This document shows positions 1 through 9,704 of a stretch of 64,000 bases of DNA, one piece after another. The stretch spans positions 579,053 through 643,052 of the forward strand of contig CAYVLY010000001.1 in NCBI GenBank assembly GCA_964452565.1, given 5' to 3'. The notes under the pieces are model-generated. The model was not told the DNA's origin. It saw only the letters and a program-made list of their open reading frames with translations, and searched no databases. Position numbers and translations under genes: made by a program. This stretch comes from an uncultured Gammaproteobacteria bacterium. Lineage in GTDB: Bacteria > Patescibacteriota > Patescibacteriia > UBA9934. Position 1 is the stretch's first letter. Each line of letters begins with the position of its first letter.

Positions 1-1584
1 AAAGTTCCCAAGCGAGTACACAACTAGCACATCGTCGATAATCTCAATCCCTTGCGCTACATGTGGGTGCCCGCCAATGATCAAATCTGCACCAGCATCG
101 ATCATAAGCTGTGCTAATTCACGCTGCGACCAGCTTGGAGCAACAATATACTCAGATCCCCAATGCGGGAACACAATCACAAATCTACCCTCTTCGTCAG
201 CTGCCTGAATCTGGGTCTCCAACTCTGCTGTATCAGGTTGGAACTGGTGATAGCCAATATACGTAAGTTCAATGCCATTGATCGTCTCGTCATATCGAGG
301 TACAGGCGTTGCATATGATCCAAACCATGGAATACCCATCTCATCCAATCGATCTTTTGTCTCTTGAAGGCCAGCAGATCCAACGTCACTGGCATGATTG
401 TTAGCCAAACTTACTACATCGATATACTCATTCATAACCTCAACCGATTCTGGAGCAAAAACAAACCTAAATGGCGGATAAACTGTATAAGTGCTTGCAA
501 GCTCATTAACTGTTCCTTCAAGATTCCCGATCGTGGTATGAACTCCTGACAGGAATCGCTCCATATTCAACCATGGATAATCCTGCCCTTCTGATTCAAG
601 CAATGTTCGGACTCCACGATCAAGCATTATATCTCCCACAACATGCAGAGCCGCAAAGGTATCAGCGTCTGACCCTCCTTCTGTAAAGTAGCCTAAGATA
701 TGACTGGTATTCTCTTCATAATCCTCTGACAAGCCCATGTCAAGCGAGTTACCATGATGCACCAAATTCCAAATTTGGTCTTCACGTTCTGCGTTCACCT
801 GCAACAGGACATCTAAACCAACATTCGAATCAATCTCAGGCTCTGCACCCTCCATTAATCCGGACTCAATTAAACGCAGTGTGACCTCATCGTGAAACTC
901 TGATGCGGTCTGCGGCAAAAAGTGCGACATGTCGATACTTGCGATCACCACAGCATCCTTAGCATGATCGTCAATCGCCTCAACAAGCGCCCAGAGATCT
1001 TCATCACTTAAAGACTCATGCAAAACAATGGGAACGATCTGAGCGCCTGGAAATGATCTCGCAACAAACGGCATTAACGTACTAATACCATGCTCATACT
1101 CGAAAGTATCATCTTCAATCGAAAGTATCTCAACATCTTCTACCAAGTCTCCGATCAAACTCTGATTAGATCGAACCTCGCCATAATACGTCTCCCAACT
1201 TCCCAACGTAGTCTGTATTGGCGACATGCCCAAATCAAAATGGTTTGGGCTCAAAAGTATAACTGTATCAGCACGATCATCCGAGATTGTTTCAAATACT
1301 TTTGCAATCTCATCAGCTACAACTAAATGATGTGCAACGATCGCAGACTGAGACTTAACTTGATCAACACCCTCTGCCTTCTCATATGCCCAATCATAGA
1401 GCGACTGCGTGTACCTGTTAGTTGAAAATATAGTTGCCTCAGCTGAATCTTCTCGAAAAGCAGCCATTGAAAAGTTTCGACTGGTATCTTCAGCACCCAA
1501 AAACCAACCAACAATAAACATCGCCTCGATGAAGATCAGGGCTACAGCTATAACCGCTATTGCTTTGAGTGACTTTGATCTCAT
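1..1584 (-). CDS. Membrane-anchored fusion protein (partial; C-terminus runs off the window start): N-terminal signal/TM, MEMO1-like domain, then CapA/PGA_cap-like metallophosphatase domain
   Basis: Minus frame 0 appears open from the ATG at 1584 to position 1; it is absent from the ORF track presumably because there is no in-window stop. Hand translation gives an N-terminus MRSKSLKAIAVIAVALIFIEAMFIVGWF, a MEMO-like segment TLMPFVARSFPGAQIVPIVLHESLSDEDLWALVEAIDDHA...SIDMSHF, and a CapA hallmark ELAQLMIDAGADLIIGGHPHVAQGIEIIDDVLVVYSLGNF at 1-120. Confidence 0.6.
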   Translation of the reverse strand, partial: MRSKSLKAIAVIAVALIFIEAMFIVGWFLGAEDTSRNFSMAAFREDSAEATIFSTNRYTQSLYDWAYEKAEGVDQVKSQSAIVAHHLVVADEIAKVFETISDDRADTVILLSPNHFDLGMSPIQTTLGSWETYYGEVRSNQSLIGDLVEDVEILSIEDDTFEYEHGISTLMPFVARSFPGAQIVPIVLHESLSDEDLWALVEAIDDHAKDAVVIASIDMSHFLPQTASEFHDEVTLRLIESGLMEGAEPEIDSNVGLDVLLQVNAEREDQIWNLVHHGNSLDMGLSEDYEENTSHILGYFTEGGSDADTFAALHVVGDIMLDRGVRTLLESEGQDYPWLNMERFLSGVHTTIGNLEGTVNELASTYTVYPPFRFVFAPESVEVMNEYIDVVSLANNHASDVGSAGLQETKDRLDEMGIPWFGSYATPVPRYDETINGIELTYIGYHQFQPDTAELETQIQAADEEGRFVIVFPHWGSEYIVAPSWSQRELAQLMIDAGADLIIGGHPHVAQGIEIIDDVLVVYSLGNF

Positions 1585-1669
1585 ATCTGCATTATACAGC
1601 AATTAAAAAGAACCGGCTCGCACCGGTTCTTTATCTGTCTGGGTTCTGTAGTCTGTGTTCTGAGTTCTG

Positions 1670-2155
1670 TTATTCAACGTAAGTCGATACTGTGTAGAAG
1701 CTACAGTTAAGTCCGTCGTCAAAACAGACATCAAATGCACCCTTCCAGTTTCCACTCTCAAGCGCTACAGCATGGAAAGTAACTGTTGTGCCACCTGCAG
1801 GTATATCTGCTAACAATGTGTGGGTATACGTTCCATCATCAAGCAAGTATGACTCTGAGAAATCCGGCGTAGATGATCCGATAGCCACACCCTCAAGGTA
1901 TGTCTCTCCGATATCAATACTATGCAAGAGTTGTGTTTCGCTAGAATCATGTGAGATAGTTGCCACAACGTCAAACTCTTCTCCTACAACCACTGATGTT
2001 GGCACATCAATAGTTGCCTCTGGGATTGAATCATAATCACCCCATGAGTAATCATAATCATAGTCATCCTCCCATTCATAATCATATGAACGCTCACAAC
2101 CTGCCCCCATTAGGACGAGTGCAAATACACTCATCAAAAGCAATGCTTTTTTCAT
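1670..2155 (-). CDS. Hypothetical lipoprotein (Asp/Tyr-rich N-terminal region)
   Basis: ORF 1670..2194 with an internal start MKKALLLMSVFALVLMGAGC (lipobox-like), followed by YDYEWEDDYDYDYSWGDYD. Confidence 0.5.
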   Translation of the reverse strand: MKKALLLMSVFALVLMGAGCERSYDYEWEDDYDYDYSWGDYDSIPEATIDVPTSVVVGEEFDVVATISHDSSETQLLHSIDIGETYLEGVAIGSSTPDFSESYLLDDGTYTHTLLADIPAGGTTVTFHAVALESGNWKGAFDVCFDDGLNCSFYTVSTYVE

Positions 2156-2220
2156 AAGTTTTTCTTTATAAATTAGCTTAAATATAGTATACAAGACTCC
2201 TTATTGAGCTGGAAGAGTCC

Positions 2221-3243
2221 TTATTGACAAGTATAATCTGCAGAATCTATATCCTCAAATAAGAATATCTGTGGCTCTGAATCATAGTCACTACGCCAGG
2301 CATCTACAACCTCAGTGTATGAAGCCCATATAATGCGATCGTCTTCAGGTAGTGAGTCTAGCTCACGAACGAGCTCCACGGCTTCGCTAGCACCACCAAA
2401 GAGCTCCTTTTGTGGTATGGCTACTGACACTGTCAAAAGCTGATCTTCGATTTTTCCCTCGTTAATATAATCAAGTAAAACTTGAATGTAATCTATTTCG
2501 TTCTCAAAAGCATTCACTATCTCGGGGCGGGTACAGCTAGCGTGTGGCCCAGACGCAACATTAACCATACGACCCTCGGGATCGTGAACAAGAAAATCAT
2601 CTCCTGCGCCTGCAGGAATCCAAACTCCAGAGTTAGGATCATCCTTACTAAAATCACCAAGATGATGGTCAAAATGAACCGCGCCACTAATTATTTCCGG
2701 GTAAAAAGTAAAGTCGGGGTAGACATTCCCCTGCTGTCCACTATCAAGCTCTTTAAATTGGGATCCAGAATTCCACACAATACCTACGATGTCAGTCATC
2801 CGATCAGTAACAAGGCCTCCAATATATCGAGTATCTGCATGATTCTCCTCGCTCCCCCAATCGTAAGCTCCACCGTGGTGCTCATCGATTTCAAAATTAT
2901 ATTCTTTGGCAAGATAGTCAATAACATTCATGCCATTTGTGCTTTTTTGCATCTCAGGCGTTTCACAATTCAATACACCACTAAAGAACTGATATGAAAT
3001 CTGGAGATTCAATCTATATCCATTCTCATGCATAATACTTGAATAATCTAGAAGCTCTTCGCGAAAACTCGGATAGGCTAGACAATCAGTATAAATATCT
3101 CCGCCCTCAATATGCGCCATTAGGGTTACATAAACTTTTGATTCTGGCTCACGATCCTTTTGAACAAGTTTAACGACTAGAAAACAAAAAACGATCATAA
3201 TGACCGCAATACCTAATGATAGAATATACTTCTTCATATGCAT
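2221..3243 (-). CDS. Hypothetical membrane-anchored protein
   Basis: 353-aa ORF; probable start at MHMKKYILSLGIAVIMIVFCFLVV (N-terminal TM anchor); no family recognised. Confidence 0.45.
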   Translation of the reverse strand: MHMKKYILSLGIAVIMIVFCFLVVKLVQKDREPESKVYVTLMAHIEGGDIYTDCLAYPSFREELLDYSSIMHENGYRLNLQISYQFFSGVLNCETPEMQKSTNGMNVIDYLAKEYNFEIDEHHGGAYDWGSEENHADTRYIGGLVTDRMTDIVGIVWNSGSQFKELDSGQQGNVYPDFTFYPEIISGAVHFDHHLGDFSKDDPNSGVWIPAGAGDDFLVHDPEGRMVNVASGPHASCTRPEIVNAFENEIDYIQVLLDYINEGKIEDQLLTVSVAIPQKELFGGASEAVELVRELDSLPEDDRIIWASYTEVVDAWRSDYDSEPQIFLFEDIDSADYTCQ

Positions 3244-3285
3244 TCTATTGTACCGTTTTCGAATTGAATCGAAAAGCACCACACA

Positions 3286-3765
3286 CTACCCAAATCGTAA
3301 TTTTTGAGCACCTGTCCAGGCAATTGCCAAAGCATCAGCTGCGTCGTCTGGCTTGGGAACTTCCTTCAATCCAAAAACTGTTTTTACCATCTCTTGCACT
3401 TGGTGTTTATCGGCTTTTCCATAGCCTGTAACCGCAACCTTAACCTCATTTGGCTTAACTCCAATGACTTCGACCCCAGCCTTGGCGGCTAAGTATTGAA
3501 TCATGCCGCGGACCTCTGCAACCTGCAAAGCTGTTGTGGTGCTTTTTGCAAAAAATAACTCCTCAAGCGCTAGAGCCTGGGGTTTAAATGTCTCGATTAA
3601 CTCCTGAACATCACGTCCGATCTCTAAAAGACGAATTTCAAAATCCAACCCAGCGTCTGATGTAATTACGCCATGATGCACACATTTCCAATCTCGACCT
3701 TGAAGCTCAATAACTCCAAAGCCACAACGACCAAATCCTGGATCAATGCCAAGTACCCTACTCAT
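3286..3765 (-). CDS. ruvC: Crossover junction endodeoxyribonuclease RuvC
   Basis: MSRVLGIDPGFGRCGFGVIE...PDDAADALAIAWT matches the classic RuvC N-terminus and catalytic Asp region. Confidence 0.9.
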   Translation of the reverse strand: MSRVLGIDPGFGRCGFGVIELQGRDWKCVHHGVITSDAGLDFEIRLLEIGRDVQELIETFKPQALALEELFFAKSTTTALQVAEVRGMIQYLAAKAGVEVIGVKPNEVKVAVTGYGKADKHQVQEMVKTVFGLKEVPKPDDAADALAIAWTGAQKLRFG

Positions 3766-4780
3766 ACTTCACCCTTCCAGTATTCACAATTAATTTCTTA
3801 TCCTCCTGAGGCACCTCATCTTTCATCTGCAAAAGCATTGCAAGCCCTGCGATGCCTGAGGGCTCACAAACCAGATCGTTCATATCTGCAATCTTTATCG
3901 CCTCTTGCAAATACTCCTCACGCACAATTCCAACACGTGACTTTGCTCCGATATGCCCCTTCCTCTTAGAAAGGTTGATCCAGTGCGGATCCAGATGCAC
4001 AAAAGGCAAGTGAGGAGAATAGAGCTTATCAGCAATGCTGTTTGGATTATTTGTTGTCGCGCCCATGAAGTGGCACTTTCCAATCTTCTTTGCCTCACCC
4101 TTGAACCGCTTATCGTGAAACACAAATGATGAAGATTCACGCTGAGCTATGTTTACGATATTTTCATATAAATGCCCAGTGCCATATGGAACAAAGACCC
4201 AATCAGCATTTTGACTCAAAATGTCATAGCTCATCCAGTCATAGAAAACATCAAATGGCCCCAGCGCTTCGTCAGATGTGATATCAATACCCCCTTCGTT
4301 GTCAGTTAGCTTAAGGATGTCCTCAGTGAACAACACGCGTTTATCAAGATCGGTCTCATAGACCTCGCAGCCAATATTTTCAAAATGCTGCTTTGCCTCT
4401 GGATCTAATTCGAAATGAACAAGAACCTTCAAATTAGGTAAATTGTATCTTCGCAACATCTTCTGGATCGCGACCGCAGCAGAGCCTGAGGATATGATCG
4501 ACATTTGCGGTAGATGATCTGTAACACCAGCCTGCTTTGCAAGCAAAAGATTCTTATATGTGACAACCATCTCCCAGGCCATTCGATCTTTATGGGTACC
4601 AGTAGGATTCACACTCTCATCCTTAACAAAAACATTTGCAACTCCAGGAACCTGAATCTCAAACGTTGGGGTCGACGGATAATGGGGATTCTCTGGCGGA
4701 AACTCTGGCTTCTTTGGATCATTCTCAGATGGAACATGAATGGAATCCAGGATCTTTTGTTCTTGCTCTGTTAATGGCAT
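3758..4780 (-). CDS. PLP-dependent fold-type II enzyme (threonine synthase / cysteine synthase-like)
   Basis: FVKDESVNPTGTHKDR resembles the PALP-family PLP-lysine motif (SFKDR-like); Gly-rich loop further on. Confidence 0.55.
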   Translation of the reverse strand: MPLTEQEQKILDSIHVPSENDPKKPEFPPENPHYPSTPTFEIQVPGVANVFVKDESVNPTGTHKDRMAWEMVVTYKNLLLAKQAGVTDHLPQMSIISSGSAAVAIQKMLRRYNLPNLKVLVHFELDPEAKQHFENIGCEVYETDLDKRVLFTEDILKLTDNEGGIDITSDEALGPFDVFYDWMSYDILSQNADWVFVPYGTGHLYENIVNIAQRESSSFVFHDKRFKGEAKKIGKCHFMGATTNNPNSIADKLYSPHLPFVHLDPHWINLSKRKGHIGAKSRVGIVREEYLQEAIKIADMNDLVCEPSGIAGLAMLLQMKDEVPQEDKKLIVNTGRVKYE

Positions 4781-4795
4781 AGGCCGTGGGGTTAT

Positions 4796-5512
4796 TTACG
4801 CGGCGTTAGTATAAACACTATCAACGTCGTCGTCATCCTCCAGTGCATCTATGAATCTCATCAGCTTTGAACCTTGTTCGTCAGTTAATTCAATCATTGT
4901 ATCTGGTACATACTCAAGTCCAGCCGATGAGACTGTAAGTTCCAACTCTCTTGCCGCGTCAGAAACCTTTTTCAAATCCTTAACTTCAGATGTAACTATC
5001 AAACCAGCTTCTTCGTCCCAATCAATATCTTCTGCCCCGGCATCGATAAGCCCAAGCTCTATCGTATCCCTGTCCTCAACCCCAGTAATATCATCAACTC
5101 GTACGATTCCCTTTTGTGAAAACTGCCACTTAACCTTTGCATCCATGTTGCCGCCGTTTTTATTGCTAATGGTTTTGATGTTTGTATAAGCGCGGTTCGT
5201 ATTATCGGTTAAGGCTACGATCAACATAGAGACGCCACCCGGGCCCATACATTCATAAACAGCTGTCTCAAGCGCTCCACCGTCTCCTGTTCCGGCACCG
5301 CGCTTAATCGCTCTTTCAATATTATCCTTTGGCATGTTAGCTGCCTTTGCTCTATCGATCGCCAATCTTAGTGAGAAATTCATACTTGGGTCTGACCCCT
5401 CACGCGCTGCAACCGAAATAAGCTTAGCAAGCTTTGAAAAAGCCTTACCGCGCTTAGCATCTGCTGCTCCTTTTTTGTGGCGAATAGACGCCCATTTACT
5501 GTGTCCTGACAT
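4796..5512 (-). CDS. yebC: YebC/PmpR family DNA-binding regulator
   Basis: MSGHSKWASIRHKKGAADAKRGKAF is the DUF28/YebC signature N-terminus. Confidence 0.9.
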   Translation of the reverse strand: MSGHSKWASIRHKKGAADAKRGKAFSKLAKLISVAAREGSDPSMNFSLRLAIDRAKAANMPKDNIERAIKRGAGTGDGGALETAVYECMGPGGVSMLIVALTDNTNRAYTNIKTISNKNGGNMDAKVKWQFSQKGIVRVDDITGVEDRDTIELGLIDAGAEDIDWDEEAGLIVTSEVKDLKKVSDAARELELTVSSAGLEYVPDTMIELTDEQGSKLMRFIDALEDDDDVDSVYTNAA

Positions 5513-5520
5513 AATTTATC

Positions 5521-5557
5521 GAATTTGGAATATAGAATCTCGAATCTGGAATTGAAT
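5521..5557. repeat. Degenerate GAATNNN heptamer tandem array (5-6 units) in the yebC 5' region
   Basis: GAAT found at 5521, 5528, 5535, 5542, 5549 and 5554 (7-bp period), immediately upstream of the yebC ATG at 5512. Confidence 0.6.
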
Positions 5558-5629
5558 GTTTTTGTCATCCCTAGCAGAACGAGGGATCTACTTATCTATG
5601 CTCTGAATTCTATCTTCTCGGTACTGCCT

Positions 5630-5662
5630 TATTAACAAATGGCGCCATGCGGCGCCATTTGG
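5630..5662 (-). terminator. Rho-independent terminator after rpoC
   Basis: aaatggcgcc-atgc-ggcgccattt perfect hairpin (5637-5660), followed by a T-run on the minus strand. Confidence 0.6.
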
Positions 5663-8600
5663 TTATTCTTCTGCTGTTTCTTTACCTCTATCCTGAACTT
5701 CATCTCCAGTAACTTCAACATCATCCTCCTTATCTGGCGCTTCACCTTCTTGTTCTTGATCATCTGGCTCCTCAACAGGCTCTTCCTCAGCCTCCTCTGG
5801 CATATCAATGTACTCATTATCATATCCAGTTCCGGCGGGAATCAAGCGACCAATAATCACGTTTTCCTTAAGACCGTTCAATCCATCAACCTTTCCAGTT
5901 ACTGACGCATTAATAAGGACCCGAGCGGTCTCCTGGAAGGACGCAGCTGAAAGCCATGACTCAGTTGAAAGTGATACCTTTGTAATTCCTAGGAATAGAT
6001 CTTCATACTCAGAAGGCTTTTTCTTACTCTTCTTTACACGAGAGTTTTCATTCTCCATAGATGCACGCTCAACAACCTCACCTGGTAAGAAATCAGAATC
6101 TTTGGGTTCAGTAATGCGAACTCGGCTAAACATTTGCCGTGCGATAATTTCGATATGTTTGCTGTTCAGCTTCTGTCCCTGTGAAGCATACACCTCTGTG
6201 ATCTGGTTCAAGATGTAATCTTGAACAGCTTGGCGACCCTTGTACTTAAACAGTGCCTGAAGGTCCAAGTGTCCTTCTGTAAGCGTGTCCCCAGCAAGAA
6301 CCTCGTCGCCGTCTTTGACATATAGTGTATACCCTTGGGGGATAACGTATTCACGTACCTTTGGAGCATCATGGGTTACTGTAATTGTTGTCTTCTTGGC
6401 AACAACTACTCCCTCAACATCTGAAAGTAGCTTTTCTCCAGTAGTGGTTTCACCAATTACATCCCCTGCTCGCAGCTTGTCTCCATCCTTAACCATAAGC
6501 TTACCACCACGGCCCACAGAGAACTTCTTGTCCTCAACAGCTGTGTAGCGAATTCTTATAATTGATTGACCTGGGCGAGCATCAGTCATCTTCTTACCAG
6601 TCCCAACCTGTTCGATTGTTCGCTCAGCGCGGTCAACTTGGACAGATCCAGAAACCTCAGTCATGATCGCCTTCTGCTTTGGCATTCTAGCCTCAAATAG
6701 CTCTTCAACACGTGGAAGTCCAGAGGTAATATCCTTTCCAGCAACTCCTCCAGTGTGGAAAGTACGCATGGTCAGCTGTGTTCCAGGTTCTCCAATAGAT
6801 TGCGCTGCAATGATTCCAACTGATGTTCCCATTTTCACAGGCTTGTTGTGAGCCAAATCATATCCATAACACTTCTGACAAACTCCCCCATACTCCTTAC
6901 ATGTAAGTAGGTACCGGATATGTGCTTCCTCGAGGCCCTTCTTCGCGCTCTTTAGTGTTCGAATATGATCCTCGACAATGAGCTCACCAGCCTCTACCAC
7001 AGTCTTCCGACCTCCAGGCATGATAATTGGCTTCAAGGCTGTTCGTCCGATGATTCGATCATAGATTGACACACCCATGTCCTCCGCTTGTTTAGCAGTT
7101 ATAACCATTCCTTCTGTGTCCTTACAGTCCTCTGTTCGAACAACAACATCTTGAGCAACATCAACGAGTCGGCGTGTTAGATATCCAGCGTTTGCAGTTT
7201 TCAAAGCAGTGTCAGTCAGTCCTTTACGCTGTCCATGTGATGAGATAAAGAACTCAAGCACATCAACACCTTCCTTAAATGAGGATTTCACCGGAAGCTC
7301 GATAGTCTCTCCGGTAGCTGACGCCTTAAGACCAATCATTCCAATCATCTGAGTCATCTGACCCCATGATCCACGAGCACCAGAATCAATCATAGTGAAT
7401 GCTGAACTTCCATCTGGAAGCATTCCCTTTGCCAAATCTGCAATTCGATCCTTTACCTCAGCCCAAACCTTAATAATCTGAGTGTGTCGCTCACTTTGTG
7501 TGAGAAGACCTTGAGCAAAGAAGTTTTCAATCTCAGCAATGCGAGCGTTTCCATCCTCCACGATTTCCTTCTTTTGAGGAATCTCAGGTAGCTCACTCAT
7601 TCCCCAAGAATAACCAGATTTTTCCGCATATCTAAATCCAAGCTCCTTAAGCTCATCCAAAAGCTCTGATGTAAATTCTGAACCATGATGCTCCAAAGTC
7701 TCACGCACAATCTTTGCAAGCTGCTTCTTCCCCATTGTTTCATTCATGTATGGCACAAACTCTGGGAATCGTTCGTTTAAAATTATACGTCCAATTGTAG
7801 TAACAAGCATTTCTCCATCCAGACGAACACGGATCCAATCATGTAGTGATACGCCACCTGATTGATATGCATACTTGGCGTCCTGCGCATTTGCAAATGA
7901 CTTTAACTTCTCTTCATCTAGCTCATTATGTGTCATCGATAAATAATATGCTCCCCATGCAATGTCCTTACCAGGGGTTGCAACTGGCCCACCATGAGAA
8001 GGTTTCAATAGGTTGTGGGTTGAAAGCATTAACTCTTCAGCCTCACGCTTTGCCTCGCGTGTTAGCGGAACGTGTACAGCCATTTGGTCTCCATCAAAGT
8101 CAGCGTTAAACGCATCACAAACCATTGGATGTACCTGGATCGCCTTACCCTCGATAAGCACTGGTCGGAAAGCCTGAATTCCTAAACGGTGAAGCGTAGG
8201 AGCACGATTAAGCATCACGTATGCATCTAGTACAACTTCTTCCAAAATATCCCAAACCTCTGATCGATCTGATTCAATAAATCTATTTGCTGATCTAATA
8301 TTGTGAACATACTCACGTGAGATTAGCTTTGAAATTACAAATGGTCTGAATAGCTCAAGTGCCATCTTCTTTGGAATTCCACACTGATCAATACTCAGAT
8401 GAGGTCCAACTACGATCACTGATCGTCCTGAGTAGTCAATTCGTTTACCAAGCAAGTTCTGGCGGAATCGTCCTTGCTTTCCTTTCAGAATATCTGCCAA
8501 AGACTTTAACTGACGTTTTCGTCCAGTAGCTGCGATGACCGTCTTTGATGATCGTGCAGAGTTATCAATAAGTGAGTCAACTGCCTCCTGCAGCATGCGC

Positions 8601-9694
8601 TTCTCGTTTCGTGTAATGACCTCAGGTGCATTCAAATTGTACAATCGCTTTAGACGATTATTTCGGTTAATAACACGTCGGTATAGATCGTTTAGGTCAC
8701 TTGTTGCAAATCGTCCTCCATCAAGAGCAACCATTGGTCGTAAGTCAGCCGGAATAACAGGTATTGCGCGCAACACCATCCAATCTGGAACAATTCCATT
8801 CTTTTTCAATGAATGAAGGAGTTTCAATCGACGCACGATTCGGTCATGTTTTGTCTTAGATCGTGTTGCTTCCAGATCTGCATTCAATTGTTCAATTGTT
8901 GCTTCTACATCCATGCGGTTCAAAAGCTTTAGGACAGCTTCCGCTCCAATCCCAGCATCAAAAATGTGACCAAACTTAATTGACCATTCCTGATATGTTG
9001 CCTCTGGAATTACCTGCATCACCTTCATCTCCTTTAGATCCTGATCGACCTGCAAGAAATCTTCCTCAAGCTCCTCCAACTTCTTTTCAGAAAGCTCTTC
9101 AATGCGCTTTTGCTCAGCATTCAACTGCTTCTTGTCCTCAGCAAACTTCTCTATCACCCGTCCAATGTCACGCTTTTGCTCACCTTCAATCATCTTTTTC
9201 TTTGACTTGTACTCTGCTTTAACAGCTTCAAGTGTTTGTTCAAGTGCCTCCTGATTTACATCAGTGACAATAAAGCTTGAGAAGTAAATGACCTTTTCAA
9301 GTGCCTGGACACCCATGTCGAGGATTGTTCCAATCTTTGATGGAACTCCGCGCAAGAACCAAATGTGTGTTACAGGACTCGCAAGCTCGATATGACCCAT
9401 GCGCTCGCGACGAACAACGGCCTGAGTAACCTCAACGCCACATTTGTCACAAATAATTCCTTTATATCGAATTTTTTTATACTTTCCACAGTAACACTCC
9501 CAGTCTTTTGATGGCCCAAAAATTTCTTCTGCAAACAAACCATGCTTTTCAGGCTTTTGTGTTCTGTAGTTAATGGTCTCTGGCTTGGTGATCTCACCAT
9601 ATGACCATGAACGAATCGCATCAGGTGAAGCGAGCCGTAAGCGAATAGAGTCAAAGTCTGTCGCTTTAAGTGTATTGAGTTGGTGTATAGCCAT
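5663..9694 (-). CDS. rpoC: DNA-directed RNA polymerase subunit beta-prime with acidic C-terminal tail
   Basis: 1343 aa; [35 protein letters not shown]..., Zn-binding CxxC motifs, NADFDGD catalytic motif. Confidence 0.95.
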   Translation of the reverse strand: MAIHQLNTLKATDFDSIRLRLASPDAIRSWSYGEITKPETINYRTQKPEKHGLFAEEIFGPSKDWECYCGKYKKIRYKGIICDKCGVEVTQAVVRRERMGHIELASPVTHIWFLRGVPSKIGTILDMGVQALEKVIYFSSFIVTDVNQEALEQTLEAVKAEYKSKKKMIEGEQKRDIGRVIEKFAEDKKQLNAEQKRIEELSEKKLEELEEDFLQVDQDLKEMKVMQVIPEATYQEWSIKFGHIFDAGIGAEAVLKLLNRMDVEATIEQLNADLEATRSKTKHDRIVRRLKLLHSLKKNGIVPDWMVLRAIPVIPADLRPMVALDGGRFATSDLNDLYRRVINRNNRLKRLYNLNAPEVITRNEKRMLQEAVDSLIDNSARSSKTVIAATGRKRQLKSLADILKGKQGRFRQNLLGKRIDYSGRSVIVVGPHLSIDQCGIPKKMALELFRPFVISKLISREYVHNIRSANRFIESDRSEVWDILEEVVLDAYVMLNRAPTLHRLGIQAFRPVLIEGKAIQVHPMVCDAFNADFDGDQMAVHVPLTREAKREAEELMLSTHNLLKPSHGGPVATPGKDIAWGAYYLSMTHNELDEEKLKSFANAQDAKYAYQSGGVSLHDWIRVRLDGEMLVTTIGRIILNERFPEFVPYMNETMGKKQLAKIVRETLEHHGSEFTSELLDELKELGFRYAEKSGYSWGMSELPEIPQKKEIVEDGNARIAEIENFFAQGLLTQSERHTQIIKVWAEVKDRIADLAKGMLPDGSSAFTMIDSGARGSWGQMTQMIGMIGLKASATGETIELPVKSSFKEGVDVLEFFISSHGQRKGLTDTALKTANAGYLTRRLVDVAQDVVVRTEDCKDTEGMVITAKQAEDMGVSIYDRIIGRTALKPIIMPGGRKTVVEAGELIVEDHIRTLKSAKKGLEEAHIRYLLTCKEYGGVCQKCYGYDLAHNKPVKMGTSVGIIAAQSIGEPGTQLTMRTFHTGGVAGKDITSGLPRVEELFEARMPKQKAIMTEVSGSVQVDRAERTIEQVGTGKKMTDARPGQSIIRIRYTAVEDKKFSVGRGGKLMVKDGDKLRAGDVIGETTTGEKLLSDVEGVVVAKKTTITVTHDAPKVREYVIPQGYTLYVKDGDEVLAGDTLTEGHLDLQALFKYKGRQAVQDYILNQITEVYASQGQKLNSKHIEIIARQMFSRVRITEPKDSDFLPGEVVERASMENENSRVKKSKKKPSEYEDLFLGITKVSLSTESWLSAASFQETARVLINASVTGKVDGLNGLKENVIIGRLIPAGTGYDNEYIDMPEEAEEEPVEEPDDQEQEGEAPDKEDDVEVTGDEVQDRGKETAEE

Positions 9695-9704
9695 ATGATT
9701 TCAC

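Noticed and set aside
5808-6218. 136-aa plus-strand ORF inside rpoC, and similar ORFs inside rpoB/rpoC (for example 10984..11343, 12196..12483)
   Set aside because: They are embedded antisense to highly conserved RNA polymerase genes and are therefore spurious.
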